From NCBI GenBank assembly GCA_001443445.1, contig LDXN01000003.1:14173-78172 (forward strand): a stretch of 64,000 nucleotides of DNA, read 5' to 3'. Source of the DNA: Candidatus Dadabacteria bacterium CSP1-2. Its GTDB lineage: Bacteria; Desulfobacterota_D; UBA1144; Nemesobacterales; CSP1-2. The translations under genes were made by a program, and so were the position numbers. The notes under the pieces are model-generated. The model was given only the letters and a program-made list of their open reading frames with translations, was not told the origin of the DNA and searched no databases. Each line of letters begins with the position of its first letter. Positions within the stretch are counted from its first letter, which is position 1. Positions 28,102-38,149 of this stretch are shown piece after piece.

Positions 28102-28911
28102 CTAAACCCATCCGAGTTTTTCCAAAAGAGTGGTTTTTACACTCTTAAATTGTTGCGTAATAGGTAGTTCGAATTGGTCTACCAGTGCAATCGCAATAGC
28201 GCCAATTAAAGAATTTGTAAAAAAGCCGCCCTCGGAAGATTTCAGGCTATCTAAGCCAAATCGACCTTCTTTAACCTCAATCCCCATTTCTTTAGCAAGC
28301 TCAATGACGACACCCCTAATAACCCCTGGAAGAATCCCGCATTCAAGTGATGGAGTACAAAGAGTTTCTCTTTCGAACCAGAATAAATTACTAGCACTAG
28401 CCTCACATAACTCCTCTTTATCATTGAGAAATATAGCTTCGTCAAACCCCAGTTTCCTAGCCTCTCTCCTAGCAAGTACATTTTCCAAGTAGTTTAAAGA
28501 TTTGAGTTGAAGTATAGGTGATGTTGAACTACGTCTAAAAGATGAAACATGAGCTCTAACAGGTTCCAAAGTATGTTTATATTCCCTCACAATTACTAGA
28601 AGTGAATGCCCTTCTGGATTATCGTAGAAAATAGTAGTCCCATGGGAAAGAAGGCAGATTTTAACATAAGCATCAGGTATTTGGGAGTCTAATATGGCAT
28701 TCTCAACGCCCTCTTTGACAGCTTTACCTCCAGGAAATGGAATCCCTAAAACCCCTGCCCCCTTTTTCATCCGCTCAAGATGTTTACTCAAAAAAACTGG
28801 AGGACGAGCTTTCCACCTAAAGGTCTCGAACAAGCCTTCACCATAGAACAAAGACCTTAAAGGAAATGCTTCTTTAAATGGCTCCCCGTCTATAAATATG
28901 TACTCTTTCAT
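28102..28911 (-). CDS. pabC: Aminotransferase class IV / aminodeoxychorismate lyase; start re-called at 28911
   Basis: YGEGLFET, KSLNYL, EAIFLN..CEASASNLF, GILPGV.R; downstream of pabB. Confidence 0.8.
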   Translation of the reverse strand: MKEYIFIDGEPFKEAFPLRSLFYGEGLFETFRWKARPPVFLSKHLERMKKGAGVLGIPFPGGKAVKEGVENAILDSQIPDAYVKICLLSHGTTIFYDNPEGHSLLVIVREYKHTLEPVRAHVSSFRRSSTSPILQLKSLNYLENVLARREARKLGFDEAIFLNDKEELCEASASNLFWFERETLCTPSLECGILPGVIRGVVIELAKEMGIEVKEGRFGLDSLKSSEGGFFTNSLIGAIAIALVDQFELPITQQFKSVKTTLLEKLGWV

Positions 28912-28940
28912 TCCATCCCCGCTTATCGTGTTTCGTGATT

Positions 28941-29010
28941 TCGTTCTGAGCAGTTCTACAAGCCTGTCCTGAGCAAGGTCCAAGGGCTCACTACAGGCTT
29001 AGTCGAACGA
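28941..29010. repeat. Triply nested TTCGAC/GCTCA palindromic element
   Basis: tcgttctgagc[agttctacaag(cctgtcctgagcaaggtccaaggg)ctcactacagg]cttagtcgaacga. Confidence 0.7.
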
Positions 29011-29033
29011 TTAGATGCACGATTAACAAACCA

Positions 29034-30341
29034 CTACTCGACTATTCCTAGAGCCTTTTGAATGGCTATAGCTTTTACAAGCGTCTCATCAAACTCCTTT
29101 TCAGGGTCTGAGTCCCAAACAATCCCGCCTCCTACCCAGAATGTTCCTATACCATCCTTGGCAAACAAAATCCTAATTGCCACACTCAACGTAAAATCCC
29201 CGTTTGGGTAGAAAATACCTATAGCGCCACAGTATGGACCTCTTACATGTGGCTCAAGCTCATCAATAAGCTCCACGGCCCGGCGTTTAGGCGCACCAGT
29301 TACAGAACCAGGAGGGAAGGTGCTTTTAATAATATCTCCTATTCTAATCTCATCCTTCAGGTACCCCTCAACCTCTGATACCATTTGATGAAGCGTCGCA
29401 TAGGATTCTATGTTAAAGAGATTGTTAACCTTTACCGTACCGTATTTGCAGACCCTTCCAAGGTCGTTTCGCATAAGATCAACTATCATTAGATTCTCTG
29501 CCCTTTCCTTCTGGCTGCTTATTAGCTCTGCTTTCAATATGGCGTCCTCTTCAACTGAAAATCCCTTTTTTCTAGTCCCTTTTATTGGTTTTGTTACAAT
29601 TTTTCTCCCTGTTTTTCTCAAAAAAAGCTCCATCGAGCCGCTTATAAGTTGAAACTGTCCAAAATCTATATAGCATCCATATGGTACTGGCTGCACATCA
29701 AAGAGATTGAGAAAATAAAAAATAGGTGGAGAGAGAATTGGTGTAGTGAACCGCTGTGAGAGATTTACCTGATAAATATCACCACTAGCAATGTACTCTT
29801 TCGCAAACCTGATCATATTTAGGTATTCCATCTTGGTCATATTTGAGTACATCTCGATTCTCATTAGTGGATTATAAGCCTTTAAAGTTTGGTAATGGGT
29901 TGGAAGAATATTCTTCAAGTCTTCCAAGCTTCCAGAAATCACATCCCTTTCTTTAAAAAATTGTAAATATATATCAGGATATGTTTCCCCTTCCTTTTTC
30001 CAAATAGGGATAAATCCCTCCTCTGTAAATCTAGAATATTCATAACTGACGTATCCAACAGCTATATATCCCTCACTTAAATAACCCTCTAAGACCGATA
30101 ATGGGTCACGATTAAAGTTCAACTTTCTATCCTGCAAACTAACTGATACGCCTTGTCCAAGCGACGAGAGAGAAAAAACAGGATCTCTAAAGAAAACAAA
30201 AGAGCTCTCTTCCTGTGGTGAGCCTGGTCGAACCATATCGGGCAGCCAGCCTCCGCCGGAATCTAAAAAAAGCGCAGAACATGGTGAATTTGATTCTAAG
30301 CTCATGGGTAATTTAGTGATGCGGAAATAAACTTGATCCAT
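29034..30341 (-). CDS. pabB: Aminodeoxychorismate synthase component I
   Basis: GDIYQVNLS, KPIKGT, AENLMIVDLMRNDLG, FPPGSVTGAPK. Confidence 0.9.
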   Translation of the reverse strand: MDQVYFRITKLPMSLESNSPCSALFLDSGGGWLPDMVRPGSPQEESSFVFFRDPVFSLSSLGQGVSVSLQDRKLNFNRDPLSVLEGYLSEGYIAVGYVSYEYSRFTEEGFIPIWKKEGETYPDIYLQFFKERDVISGSLEDLKNILPTHYQTLKAYNPLMRIEMYSNMTKMEYLNMIRFAKEYIASGDIYQVNLSQRFTTPILSPPIFYFLNLFDVQPVPYGCYIDFGQFQLISGSMELFLRKTGRKIVTKPIKGTRKKGFSVEEDAILKAELISSQKERAENLMIVDLMRNDLGRVCKYGTVKVNNLFNIESYATLHQMVSEVEGYLKDEIRIGDIIKSTFPPGSVTGAPKRRAVELIDELEPHVRGPYCGAIGIFYPNGDFTLSVAIRILFAKDGIGTFWVGGGIVWDSDPEKEFDETLVKAIAIQKALGIVE

Positions 30342-30461
30342 TTATTAGCTTAAAACTACAATAAACAATAAGCAAATATAGCCGAAGGAAATAGTTCAAA
30401 GTAATAAACCTTCCACCATCTCAATTCGTATATTGCAAAACAGGCTTAGTCATCGTTACTC

Positions 30462-30490
30462 TTGAAATAAGTATTATAATGTAATACAAT
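30462..30490 (+). promoter_or_regulatory. Sigma70 promoter and operator of brnT/antitoxin locus
   Basis: TTGAAA-17bp-TACAAT; inverted repeat GTATTA-N5-TAATAC in spacer. Confidence 0.7.
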
Positions 30491-30499
30491 TAAATATAA

Positions 30500-30784
30500 G
30501 TGAAGATTGTAGAACTTGTCTGGGAAGAGTGGCATCTCGAGCATATCGCTATAAAGCATAAGGTAAGACCTAGGGAAGTTGAAGAGGCCTGTTTTGAAGG
30601 CGAAAGCGCCAGAGTTCTCAGGGGAAGAGGCAAGGGGGAAGAAAAACTTTATTATATTCTTGGTAAAACACTTGGAGGTAGATACTTATTTATCGTAGTT
30701 AAGCCTCGAGGAAAAGGCAAAGCCAAAGTTATAACAGCAAGAGATATGAATGACTTAGAAAAGAGAAGATACAGTATTCTTTGA
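30500..30784 (+). CDS. BrnT-family toxin
   Basis: W....HI..KH.V...EVEE, LGKT.GGRYLFIV, VITARDM..EKRRY. Confidence 0.88.
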   Translation: MKIVELVWEEWHLEHIAIKHKVRPREVEEACFEGESARVLRGRGKGEEKLYYILGKTLGGRYLFIVVKPRGKGKAKVITARDMNDLEKRRYSIL

Positions 30785-30851
30785 ACCGCAGCTTTATCTG
30801 GTTCGCAGTGTGAACCAGATGGAAATAAACAGTGGTTCAAAGGGAAATAAA
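30772..30851. repeat. Self-nested GAACC-GCAG-GGTTC hairpin element
   Basis: ctttgaaccgcag[ctttatctggttc gcagtgt gaaccagat ggaaataaa]cagtggttcaaag ggaaataaa. Confidence 0.75.
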
Positions 30852-30868
30852 AGGAGGTGAAATGAAAG

Positions 30869-31135
30869 ATGGGAAAGATTCCAAAGTTTAAATCCGACCA
30901 GGAGGCTGCACAGTTTTGGGATACCCACAGCCTCATAGAATTTGAAGATGATTTAGAACTTGTAAAAGAAAAGGTATTCGTTAAGCCTGAAAAACAGGTA
31001 ATGACAATTCGCGTGGACAAAAAATTGGCTAACGCTTTGAAGATAATTGCGAGAGAAAAGGGAATTAACTACTCCACACTAGCCAGAATGTGGCTGATTG
31101 AAAGGCTTAAGAAAGAAATTGAGGAAATTAAATAA
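30869..31135 (+). CDS. CopG/BrnA-type antitoxin
   Basis: KIPKFKS..EAAQFWDTH, TIRVD...LK.IA..KGINYSTLARMW. Confidence 0.9.
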   Translation: MGKIPKFKSDQEAAQFWDTHSLIEFEDDLELVKEKVFVKPEKQVMTIRVDKKLANALKIIAREKGINYSTLARMWLIERLKKEIEEIK

Positions 31136-31270
31136 GGTTTCTTCTACCTTATTTCAACTTAAGAAACACTACAAACTAAGTTCCACGCTCGCGGGCGGGT
31201 GCACCAACGAGCGGGCTTCACACGCTCCACGTTTAAAGTGCTACCTATGTATAGCAGTCCTAACTATTAA

Positions 31271-32005
31271 TCAGGCGACCGTTGATTTTGATAGTTGTTG
31301 TATCTGCTGAATTGAATTCCCAATCAACTCTTTCAGTCGCCCATAGTTAGGTAACAAAGAAGGGACAACCATCTGAGATTCAAGAAGATCTTTGCACAGT
31401 CTCAAAGACACAATAGTTGCTTCTACTAAATTGTAGATTGGCGCAATGTAAGACTTTGGAACAAAATGTTCATACTCGTTTCGGATCTCTCCGTGGAGCC
31501 ATTCTAACCTCTGCATATCAATATCAGACACTTGCACTGTTTTGCTATTTATAGTTTGTTTCATGAAACAATCAGCCTGAATCATTGCAAGTGCATCGTA
31601 AAAGGAAATTAGATAATCATCTCCTTTGGGCAAATCGGGTTGCAGCTCGTAGTTGATTACTGGAGGTTCACATTGAGCTGGTTCTGAAAATCTCCAAGCG
31701 ACATTGCAACCAGTAACAGGTTGCTTATGGATTTCCTTACAAGGTTCGTCGCCAATCTGATACTCGTGTTCACGTAGCTTGGATGGACGACTAGTAATTG
31801 CAAGGTTTGCCGAACCTTTCAAGGCTTCAATCATTGCTCTATAGAGAATGAGATGCACCTCTCTTGCCACTCGAAAAAAACTCGGTTCATCTCGACTGAG
31901 TTCAAAACGGATATGCAATAAGCCATTCTCAATGAGATTCAGATTATCGATTGTTTCCCACCTCAACTCATGCTCACTTTCTCTCATAATTAAAATCTCC
32001 ATCAA
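31271..32005 (-). CDS. Hypothetical protein, possible HEPN domain
   Basis: Helical protein with Rx4H motif RNEYEH(FVP) near C-terminus. Confidence 0.6.
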   Translation of the reverse strand: MMEILIMRESEHELRWETIDNLNLIENGLLHIRFELSRDEPSFFRVAREVHLILYRAMIEALKGSANLAITSRPSKLREHEYQIGDEPCKEIHKQPVTGCNVAWRFSEPAQCEPPVINYELQPDLPKGDDYLISFYDALAMIQADCFMKQTINSKTVQVSDIDMQRLEWLHGEIRNEYEHFVPKSYIAPIYNLVEATIVSLRLCKDLLESQMVVPSLLPNYGRLKELIGNSIQQIQQLSKSTVA

Positions 32006-32099
32006 TTGTTATTAGCCATTTAATCACTTGCCTTTAGATAGACCCATCCCATTCAGCTAACGTCAATGATAGCAGAAATGGTCTAAAACGTGGTTAATA

Positions 32100-33812
32100 T
32101 CAGGTCTCCGTATATTCCGGACCGCCGCCGCCTTCGGGAGGGGTTAAGCGGCCTCCCTTGGCAGAAATTGCGCCGCAGTGGATGCAGTTGGTTGGATTTA
32201 CCTCGAGATGTTTATGACCATCCTTTTCAACCCATTCATAGACTTGCGCGGGGCACATATTAACCCATGTAGTACCGATAACCTCAGGCACATCGGTTCG
32301 TAATCGTAGATGACTCGGTTGATTGTCACGGGTACGGTTGCCGCTTGCATAAACGCTTGTGAGCTTATCAAATATGTATTTATTATCAGGCTTAGGATAT
32401 GACTTGCTACGATCCCCTAAGAACATCTCAGGCTCGCTGTCAAGCTCAGTGGTGAATCTCCCACCAGGAAAGAGACCTTTAGTCGCGGTCATCAATCCAG
32501 CTAGTATTGAGCCTGGTATGAATCCATATTTGAACACCTGTCGCATGTTTCTGACCTCATAGAGGTCCTTCCATATAAAACTCTTCCTAATAGCTTTGTC
32601 ATAGCTTGAAAGTGCACCCGGTTGAGATAGATCCTTATTGGCCTTTAGAAGCTCAAATATCGTCTCCGCCGCCAGCATTCCAGACCACATGGCGTAATGA
32701 ATGCCCTTGAGTGCTGGCACGTTCACAAAACCAGCACAATCACCGGTCATAAGCGCCCCAGGAACACTTAAACTATCAGGAATCGAATAGAAGCCGCCCT
32801 CCGGTATAGTCTTTGCTCCCCAGCCCTGGTCTAATCGTTTTCCACCATCGAGGATAGCTCGAAATAGAGGATGGTTTTTTATTTCCTGAAGGAGATCATG
32901 AACTGAGAGAGTGGCGTCTGTATAATCGAGCCCGACAACAATACCTAGCGATACCATGTTCTCACCCATAGGATAGGCGAAAGTGCCTCCGAACTCCCTA
33001 TACTTACTTCCCATACGGAGTGGCCATCCCATAGTGTGTATGACCCTATCAAGTGGTTTCGGAACCTCCCAGATTTCCTTAACGCCGAGTGCATACACCT
33101 GTGGATTTGGTCTAGTTATCTTAAAATGCTCGATTAATGCATGCGTGAGATGACCCTGTGTTCCCTCTCCGAGGACCGTCACCTTTGCAGTAACGTCAGA
33201 GCCGGGCTGGAAGCTTCCCAAGGGGTTACCTTCTCTATCAAGTCCCTTATCGCCCGTTCTAACCCCCTTCACTACACCATCCTCAACCAAAAGTTTCATA
33301 CCGGCGGTTTCGTTTAAAATCAGCACCCCCATCCCTTCAGCCTTCTCTGCAAGCCAGGTCCCTACCTTGCTTATAGAGGCAACGTAATTGCCATGGTTTT
33401 GCATCGTTGGAGGTGGTACCGGAAATGGAAAAGCGCTACCTGAGGTTAGGAAATAGACCGTTTCTTTCTCCACCGGATTGAAAAATGGGAATTCAAACTT
33501 GGGAAGTTTAGGAAATAGCTTTCTAAAGGCAATTGGATTTATTACAGCCCCGGAGGCGAGATGCGCCCCTGGATACTTACCCTTTTCCATAATCGCTATC
33601 GGAATTTCTCCCAAGGATCCCATCAACTCGGGTTCATTTTCTAGGAGTTGTGCAAGTCTAATTGCTCCTGCAAGGCTAGCCGGTCCTGCACCAACAAATA
33701 GAATACCTACCTGTATGCGGTCATCAGGCTTATCTGTAATACCTGTAACAAATTCATCGGGTGCTACCGGTGGTTTAAAATCTGCTGGAATGTTTGCCAT
33801 TTTTACCACCAC
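32100..33812 (-). CDS. Electron transfer flavoprotein-quinone oxidoreductase
   Basis: VGAGPASL, SGAVINP, KGIHYAM, C-terminal CPA.VYE...NCIHC ferredoxin-like region. Confidence 0.92.
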   Translation of the reverse strand: MVVKMANIPADFKPPVAPDEFVTGITDKPDDRIQVGILFVGAGPASLAGAIRLAQLLENEPELMGSLGEIPIAIMEKGKYPGAHLASGAVINPIAFRKLFPKLPKFEFPFFNPVEKETVYFLTSGSAFPFPVPPPTMQNHGNYVASISKVGTWLAEKAEGMGVLILNETAGMKLLVEDGVVKGVRTGDKGLDREGNPLGSFQPGSDVTAKVTVLGEGTQGHLTHALIEHFKITRPNPQVYALGVKEIWEVPKPLDRVIHTMGWPLRMGSKYREFGGTFAYPMGENMVSLGIVVGLDYTDATLSVHDLLQEIKNHPLFRAILDGGKRLDQGWGAKTIPEGGFYSIPDSLSVPGALMTGDCAGFVNVPALKGIHYAMWSGMLAAETIFELLKANKDLSQPGALSSYDKAIRKSFIWKDLYEVRNMRQVFKYGFIPGSILAGLMTATKGLFPGGRFTTELDSEPEMFLGDRSKSYPKPDNKYIFDKLTSVYASGNRTRDNQPSHLRLRTDVPEVIGTTWVNMCPAQVYEWVEKDGHKHLEVNPTNCIHCGAISAKGGRLTPPEGGGGPEYTET

Positions 33813-33971
33813 CTCTTTAGAGAATTAAGAATAACTTAACTTCATAATAAATTAAAAAATTTTAGAGTCAAGAAATTCCCAGCGTTTTTACTAGACGTTT
33901 AATGGAAAGATGATTTTTTAATGCTTAAGTCTTTCTCTGTTTTACTTTTAAATCCGGTTGGTAAGATGATC

Positions 33972-34832
33972 TTATTTGTCAGCAATATGCTTAACACTCA
34001 CGGACTTACTAAGTTCCTCTTTTAGCCCTTTAATATCTTCCCTTTCAATCATAAGTCGTATCTTCTCTAAGGCCCCTTTAAATGCCTCTATGGCTTCTAT
34101 CACATTCTTTTTATTTGCAAGAAAAATATCACTCCACATATCTGGAGAGCTTGCACCAATTCGTGTATAGTCCCTGAGCCCACCGCCTGCAAACTCAAGA
34201 ATATTATCAGGCTCTTTTTCTGAGGCTACAGCATTCAGGAGAGCGTAAGCAACCGCATGGGGTAAATGGCTTACATAAGCAAACACACGATCATGTGTTT
34301 GTGGATCCATCGTGAAAACCTCTGCTCCCACAATTTCCCATAGGCTCTTAGCCTTGGCTAAAGCCTCCGCTTGTGTTTTTTGAGTCGGGGTTAGTATGCA
34401 TCTCTTTCCTTGAAAAAGCCTATAATCTGCGGCCCAAACACTTGAACGCTCTGTTCCTGCTATCGGATGTCCGCCTACAAAATAGAAGAGATGAGAAGGA
34501 AGAGAAACTTCAACCTCTTCGACTATTTTTCCTTTTATGCTTCCCACATCGGTGATTAAGCTTCCCTTAGAAGCTATATCAAAAACTGATTTTGCAATCC
34601 TTGGTATTAGTCCAACGTGTGTTGCGATAACGATGATTTCTGATTGTTTAACTCCCTTTTCAATCTCATTTGAGCCCCTATCAATAATTCCTTCTTGAAT
34701 AGCGTAATCTATGGCCTTCTCATCTAGATCAACTCCAAAAATCTCGGCTACCTCCCCTGACTTTTTTAACGCCCAGGCAAGAGAGCCACCTATCAACCCG
34801 ATACCTATGATTGTTACCTTTTGAAAGGTCAT
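33972..34832 (-). CDS. tyrA: Prephenate/arogenate dehydrogenase
   Basis: GIGLIGGS, DVGSIK, GGHPIAGTE, SHLPH, RDYTRI. Confidence 0.95.
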   Translation of the reverse strand: MTFQKVTIIGIGLIGGSLAWALKKSGEVAEIFGVDLDEKAIDYAIQEGIIDRGSNEIEKGVKQSEIIVIATHVGLIPRIAKSVFDIASKGSLITDVGSIKGKIVEEVEVSLPSHLFYFVGGHPIAGTERSSVWAADYRLFQGKRCILTPTQKTQAEALAKAKSLWEIVGAEVFTMDPQTHDRVFAYVSHLPHAVAYALLNAVASEKEPDNILEFAGGGLRDYTRIGASSPDMWSDIFLANKKNVIEAIEAFKGALEKIRLMIEREDIKGLKEELSKSVSVKHIADK

Positions 34833-34840
34833 TTTAGTTT

Positions 34841-35929
34841 TTACAATCCTAACACCTTTTTTATTGCCCTGATAAACCTTTCGTTTTCCTCTGGAAGCCC
34901 AATGGTAACCCTTATATGCGTTTTAAGACCATAGTTTAGAACTGGCCTTACTATCACACCTTCCCATAGAAGTGCGTTATAAACAGGAATCGGATCAGAG
35001 CCTAAATCCATAAGAATAAAGTTCGTATAAGAAGGGGCGAAGGGAAGATTAAATTTCTTGAGTTCTTTTGTTAGATACTTAAGCCCTATTCTATTTATTT
35101 CCCTAGACTTTGTTACATGCTCCTTATCATCAAGAGCAGCGAAGGCGGCTACCTGAGCAAGTGAATTAACATTAAATGGCTCCCTTACACGATTCATATA
35201 TGATACTATTTCCTCTGAAGACACCCCGTATCCAAGCCTGAGACCCGCAAGGCCGTAAATCTTTGAGAACGTTCTAACTGTAACGATAGACTTCCCTAGA
35301 TTTAGATAATTAAGGGAGTTTGGATAATCAGGGTCATCAACGTAGTCAAAATAGGCTTCATCTACTACAACTATAATGTTTCCTGGAACCCTGTCTAAGA
35401 ACCACTCAAGCTCGTCTCTTGTCACCATAGTCCCAGTAGGGTTATTTGGATTCGCTATGAAGACCGCTTTGGTCTTAGATGTTATTCGACTATACATATC
35501 CCTCAGATTATTTGTAAGCTCAGGCATGGGTGACATATTCGCTTTTGCTCCAACTGCCTGAGTAACGATCGGAAAAACAATGAAAGCAAACTCGCCTATA
35601 ACCGCTTCATCACCGGTCTTCATAAACGTTCTCGCTACGATCTCTATTACCTCGTTTGAGCCATTTCCAAAAATCAGATTCTCAGGTTTTACATTGAGCC
35701 TTTCGGCAAGCTTGTGTTTTAGATAGAACGTATCTCCGTCGGGATAACGATTAACTTTATTTAGTACTTCTTCTACCGCACTTATGGCTAGTCGAGAGGG
35801 TCCTAGCGGATTTTCATTTGATGCAATCTTTATTGCGTCCCGAATTCCAAGCTCCCGCTCAAGCTCTTCGACAGGCTTTCCTGGGACGTATGGAATCAAG
35901 TCTTTTACATATTCATTGGGTTTTATCAA
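34841..35929 (-). CDS. hisC: Histidinol-phosphate aminotransferase
   Basis: ASNENPLG, NPNNPTG, DEAY, RTFSKIYGLAGLRLG. Confidence 0.96.
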   Translation of the reverse strand: MIKPNEYVKDLIPYVPGKPVEELERELGIRDAIKIASNENPLGPSRLAISAVEEVLNKVNRYPDGDTFYLKHKLAERLNVKPENLIFGNGSNEVIEIVARTFMKTGDEAVIGEFAFIVFPIVTQAVGAKANMSPMPELTNNLRDMYSRITSKTKAVFIANPNNPTGTMVTRDELEWFLDRVPGNIIVVVDEAYFDYVDDPDYPNSLNYLNLGKSIVTVRTFSKIYGLAGLRLGYGVSSEEIVSYMNRVREPFNVNSLAQVAAFAALDDKEHVTKSREINRIGLKYLTKELKKFNLPFAPSYTNFILMDLGSDPIPVYNALLWEGVIVRPVLNYGLKTHIRVTIGLPEENERFIRAIKKVLGL

Positions 35930-36142
35930 GGTGCATCCTCCGGAATTATGAGGTCTTGAAATATAAGATTTTGTCTTTTGCTCTTCACTAACTGGACATC
36001 TAAAATTGAATGAAAGGTGATATTCACTTTTTGAGATTTAGAAGATTAGATGAAGTTTCACTATAATATGAAGATAAATCCAACTACGAAACACAAAAAA
36101 TCACGACCCAAGCCCTGACCCTGAAACCATAACACGTCTTAA

Positions 36143-37225
36143 TCAATTACTCTTTCCCATCGGATAAGAACCAAGGACCCTTAGGAAAACGCAGATTTGT
36201 CTCACCTTGGTTAAAAGACCACCTATCTTTTCGGCTTGGGCATGTCCTTCAAAATCTACAAAAAACACATACTCCCACGGTCTTTCCTTTGATGGCCGGG
36301 ATTCAATCTTTGTTAGATTTATATTTTCCTCAGCAAATGGAGATAGAGACTTATGAAGTGCCCCTGGTTGATCCTTTAGAGAGAAAACTATAGATGTTTT
36401 ATCAGCACCAGTTGGACGACTATATTCCCTTCCTATCACCCAGAACCTGGTCGTGTTACCAGGGCTGTCTTCTATTTGTCTTTCAACGATCTTCAACCTA
36501 TAAATCGATGCAGCGAACTCACTTGCTACTGCGGCGATTTTCTTGTCACGAGAGGCCAATTTAACAGCATTTGCAGTGCTTGAAGTTTCACGATACTCCA
36601 CGCGCTTTAGATGCTCGCTCAACCATTTTCTACATTGACCAAGCGCCTGAGGATGAGAGGCAACTATTTTAATATCCTTAATATCTCCTTTCTTTGAAAT
36701 GAGAAAATGGCTTATCTTTTCAAAGAGTTCTGAAGAAATAAATAGATCCGACCTCAAGAACCTGTCGAGAACGTTACCCACAGAACCCTCCATAGAATTT
36801 TCAACAGGAACTATACCGAATGAAACCCTTTCCTTTTCAACTTCCTCGAACACCTCATCAATTCCTTTACAAGGCTTGAACCTAGCAGAACTACCAAACT
36901 CCCGAAACGCTGCCTGATGAGAGAAGGTACCATCCGGACCTAGATACGCTACCTTAATCGGACGTTGCAGTGAACGACACCCTGAGATTACTTCTCTAAA
37001 AACGGAAAGGACAGAATCCGTTGTAAGCGGACCAAGATTTGCTCTTTTAATATTTCTTTCAATCTCTCTTTCCCTTGCTGGATCATAAACATTAAATGAG
37101 TTTTCCTTCTTAAGTTTACTAATTTGAATTGCGATTTTCCCACGCTCGTTTAGAAACTCGAGGATTTTTTTATCAATCTCATCAATCCTTTTTCTCAGAT
37201 TCTCAAGATCCACAGAAGAGCCCAT
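36143..37225 (-). CDS. pheA: Chorismate mutase/prephenate dehydratase
   Basis: LR..ID.ID, YLGP.GTFS, PVENS.EG, NTTRF, TKIESRP. Confidence 0.96.
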   Translation of the reverse strand: MGSSVDLENLRKRIDEIDKKILEFLNERGKIAIQISKLKKENSFNVYDPAREREIERNIKRANLGPLTTDSVLSVFREVISGCRSLQRPIKVAYLGPDGTFSHQAAFREFGSSARFKPCKGIDEVFEEVEKERVSFGIVPVENSMEGSVGNVLDRFLRSDLFISSELFEKISHFLISKKGDIKDIKIVASHPQALGQCRKWLSEHLKRVEYRETSSTANAVKLASRDKKIAAVASEFAASIYRLKIVERQIEDSPGNTTRFWVIGREYSRPTGADKTSIVFSLKDQPGALHKSLSPFAEENINLTKIESRPSKERPWEYVFFVDFEGHAQAEKIGGLLTKVRQICVFLRVLGSYPMGKSN

Positions 37226-37265
37226 GATACATATAGGAGTGGTTTCCTAAAAACCTCCCTCTTTG

Positions 37266-37286
37266 ATCCCCGACCGGATCGGGGAT
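37266..37286. repeat. Short REP-like palindrome
   Basis: ATCCCCGA-CCGGA-TCGGGGAT. Confidence 0.6.
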
Positions 37287-37346
37287 ACCCCAGATCCCAA
37301 TGAAATTTGAAGAGAATGATAGCTATATGAGAATGGAATGTCAATT

Positions 37347-37410
37347 GATTGCGGATTTGGGATTTCAGATTGCGGAATATCTTTTAAATCCGCAATCTAC
37401 AATCTGCACT
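37347..37410. repeat. 7-bp-period inverted repeat (GATTGCG/AATCCGC type)
   Basis: gattgcggatttgggatttcagattgcgga-atatctttta-aatccgcaatctacaatctgca. Confidence 0.8.
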
Positions 37411-37413
37411 TCC

Positions 37414-37935
37414 CTACGTTCCCCTTTTCTTCTCCTCTTCGCCTCCCACAGCTGGCGCCTTTTTTAGAACAGAATTTCTTACAAATATCGGAGCGCCCAT
37501 TCGTGAGGCAAGGGCAAGCGCATCGCTTGGACGTGCATCAATTTTTGAAATCGACCCATTAACAGAGATCTCTACCTGAGCATAAAAGACCTTGTCACGA
37601 AGGTCAACTATCACAACCCTTTCAACCTTCCCCTTCATTGTCCTTAAAATTGCAGCTACTAGGTCGTATGTAAAAGGACGAGGTGTTACCTCCTCTGAAA
37701 GTCCCAAGTCAATCGCTCTTGCCTCGCATAGGCCTATCCATATTGGAAGAACCCTTTCATTTTTTTTATCTGCTAAAATTACCACTGGACTCTGTGCCTG
37801 CTGATCAAACCCCACTCCCTTAATAACCATCTCCTCCTCTTCTGATTTATTTTTAACCTCTTCAGAAGCAGTTGGGATAGAAATATGAATAAATAAAAAT
37901 AAATATAATACTGTTAGTAAAGAAAAGCTTTTCAT
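37414..37935 (-). CDS. Bifunctional nuclease (DUF151) with N-terminal hydrophobic leader; start re-called at 37935
   Basis: LPIWIG..EA.AI, RP.TYDL, DARPSDA.ALA; SD GAGGAGG. Confidence 0.9.
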   Translation of the reverse strand: MKSFSLLTVLYLFLFIHISIPTASEEVKNKSEEEEMVIKGVGFDQQAQSPVVILADKKNERVLPIWIGLCEARAIDLGLSEEVTPRPFTYDLVAAILRTMKGKVERVVIVDLRDKVFYAQVEISVNGSISKIDARPSDALALASRMGAPIFVRNSVLKKAPAVGGEEEKKRGT

Positions 37936-38149
37936 CTCTTGTTCCTCCTCAAGCTTAGGATAGCATAATGAAATGAAAAGGTTCAAGCATGATTTTAATT
38001 TTTTTTTTGATAAGTAAGCAAAAGCCTAAATTCAATATAACCCTAGTAATATATATCCTAAGAAAAAAAACACTTATCTTATCTATTTTTTTAGGTAATA
38101 TTATATGTAACATTCTAGCCCATAATTCTAAAATAGGAGGCAAAATAAA

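Noticed and set aside
28912-28983. N-terminal extension of PabC (MDLAQDRL...)
   Set aside because: Read-through of the repeat element; a better start with a purine-rich SD lies at 28911
31170-31270. Integron attC site downstream of the HEPN-like gene
   Set aside because: A GC-rich hairpin is present, but I found no paired RYYYAAC/GTTRRRY boxes and no intI
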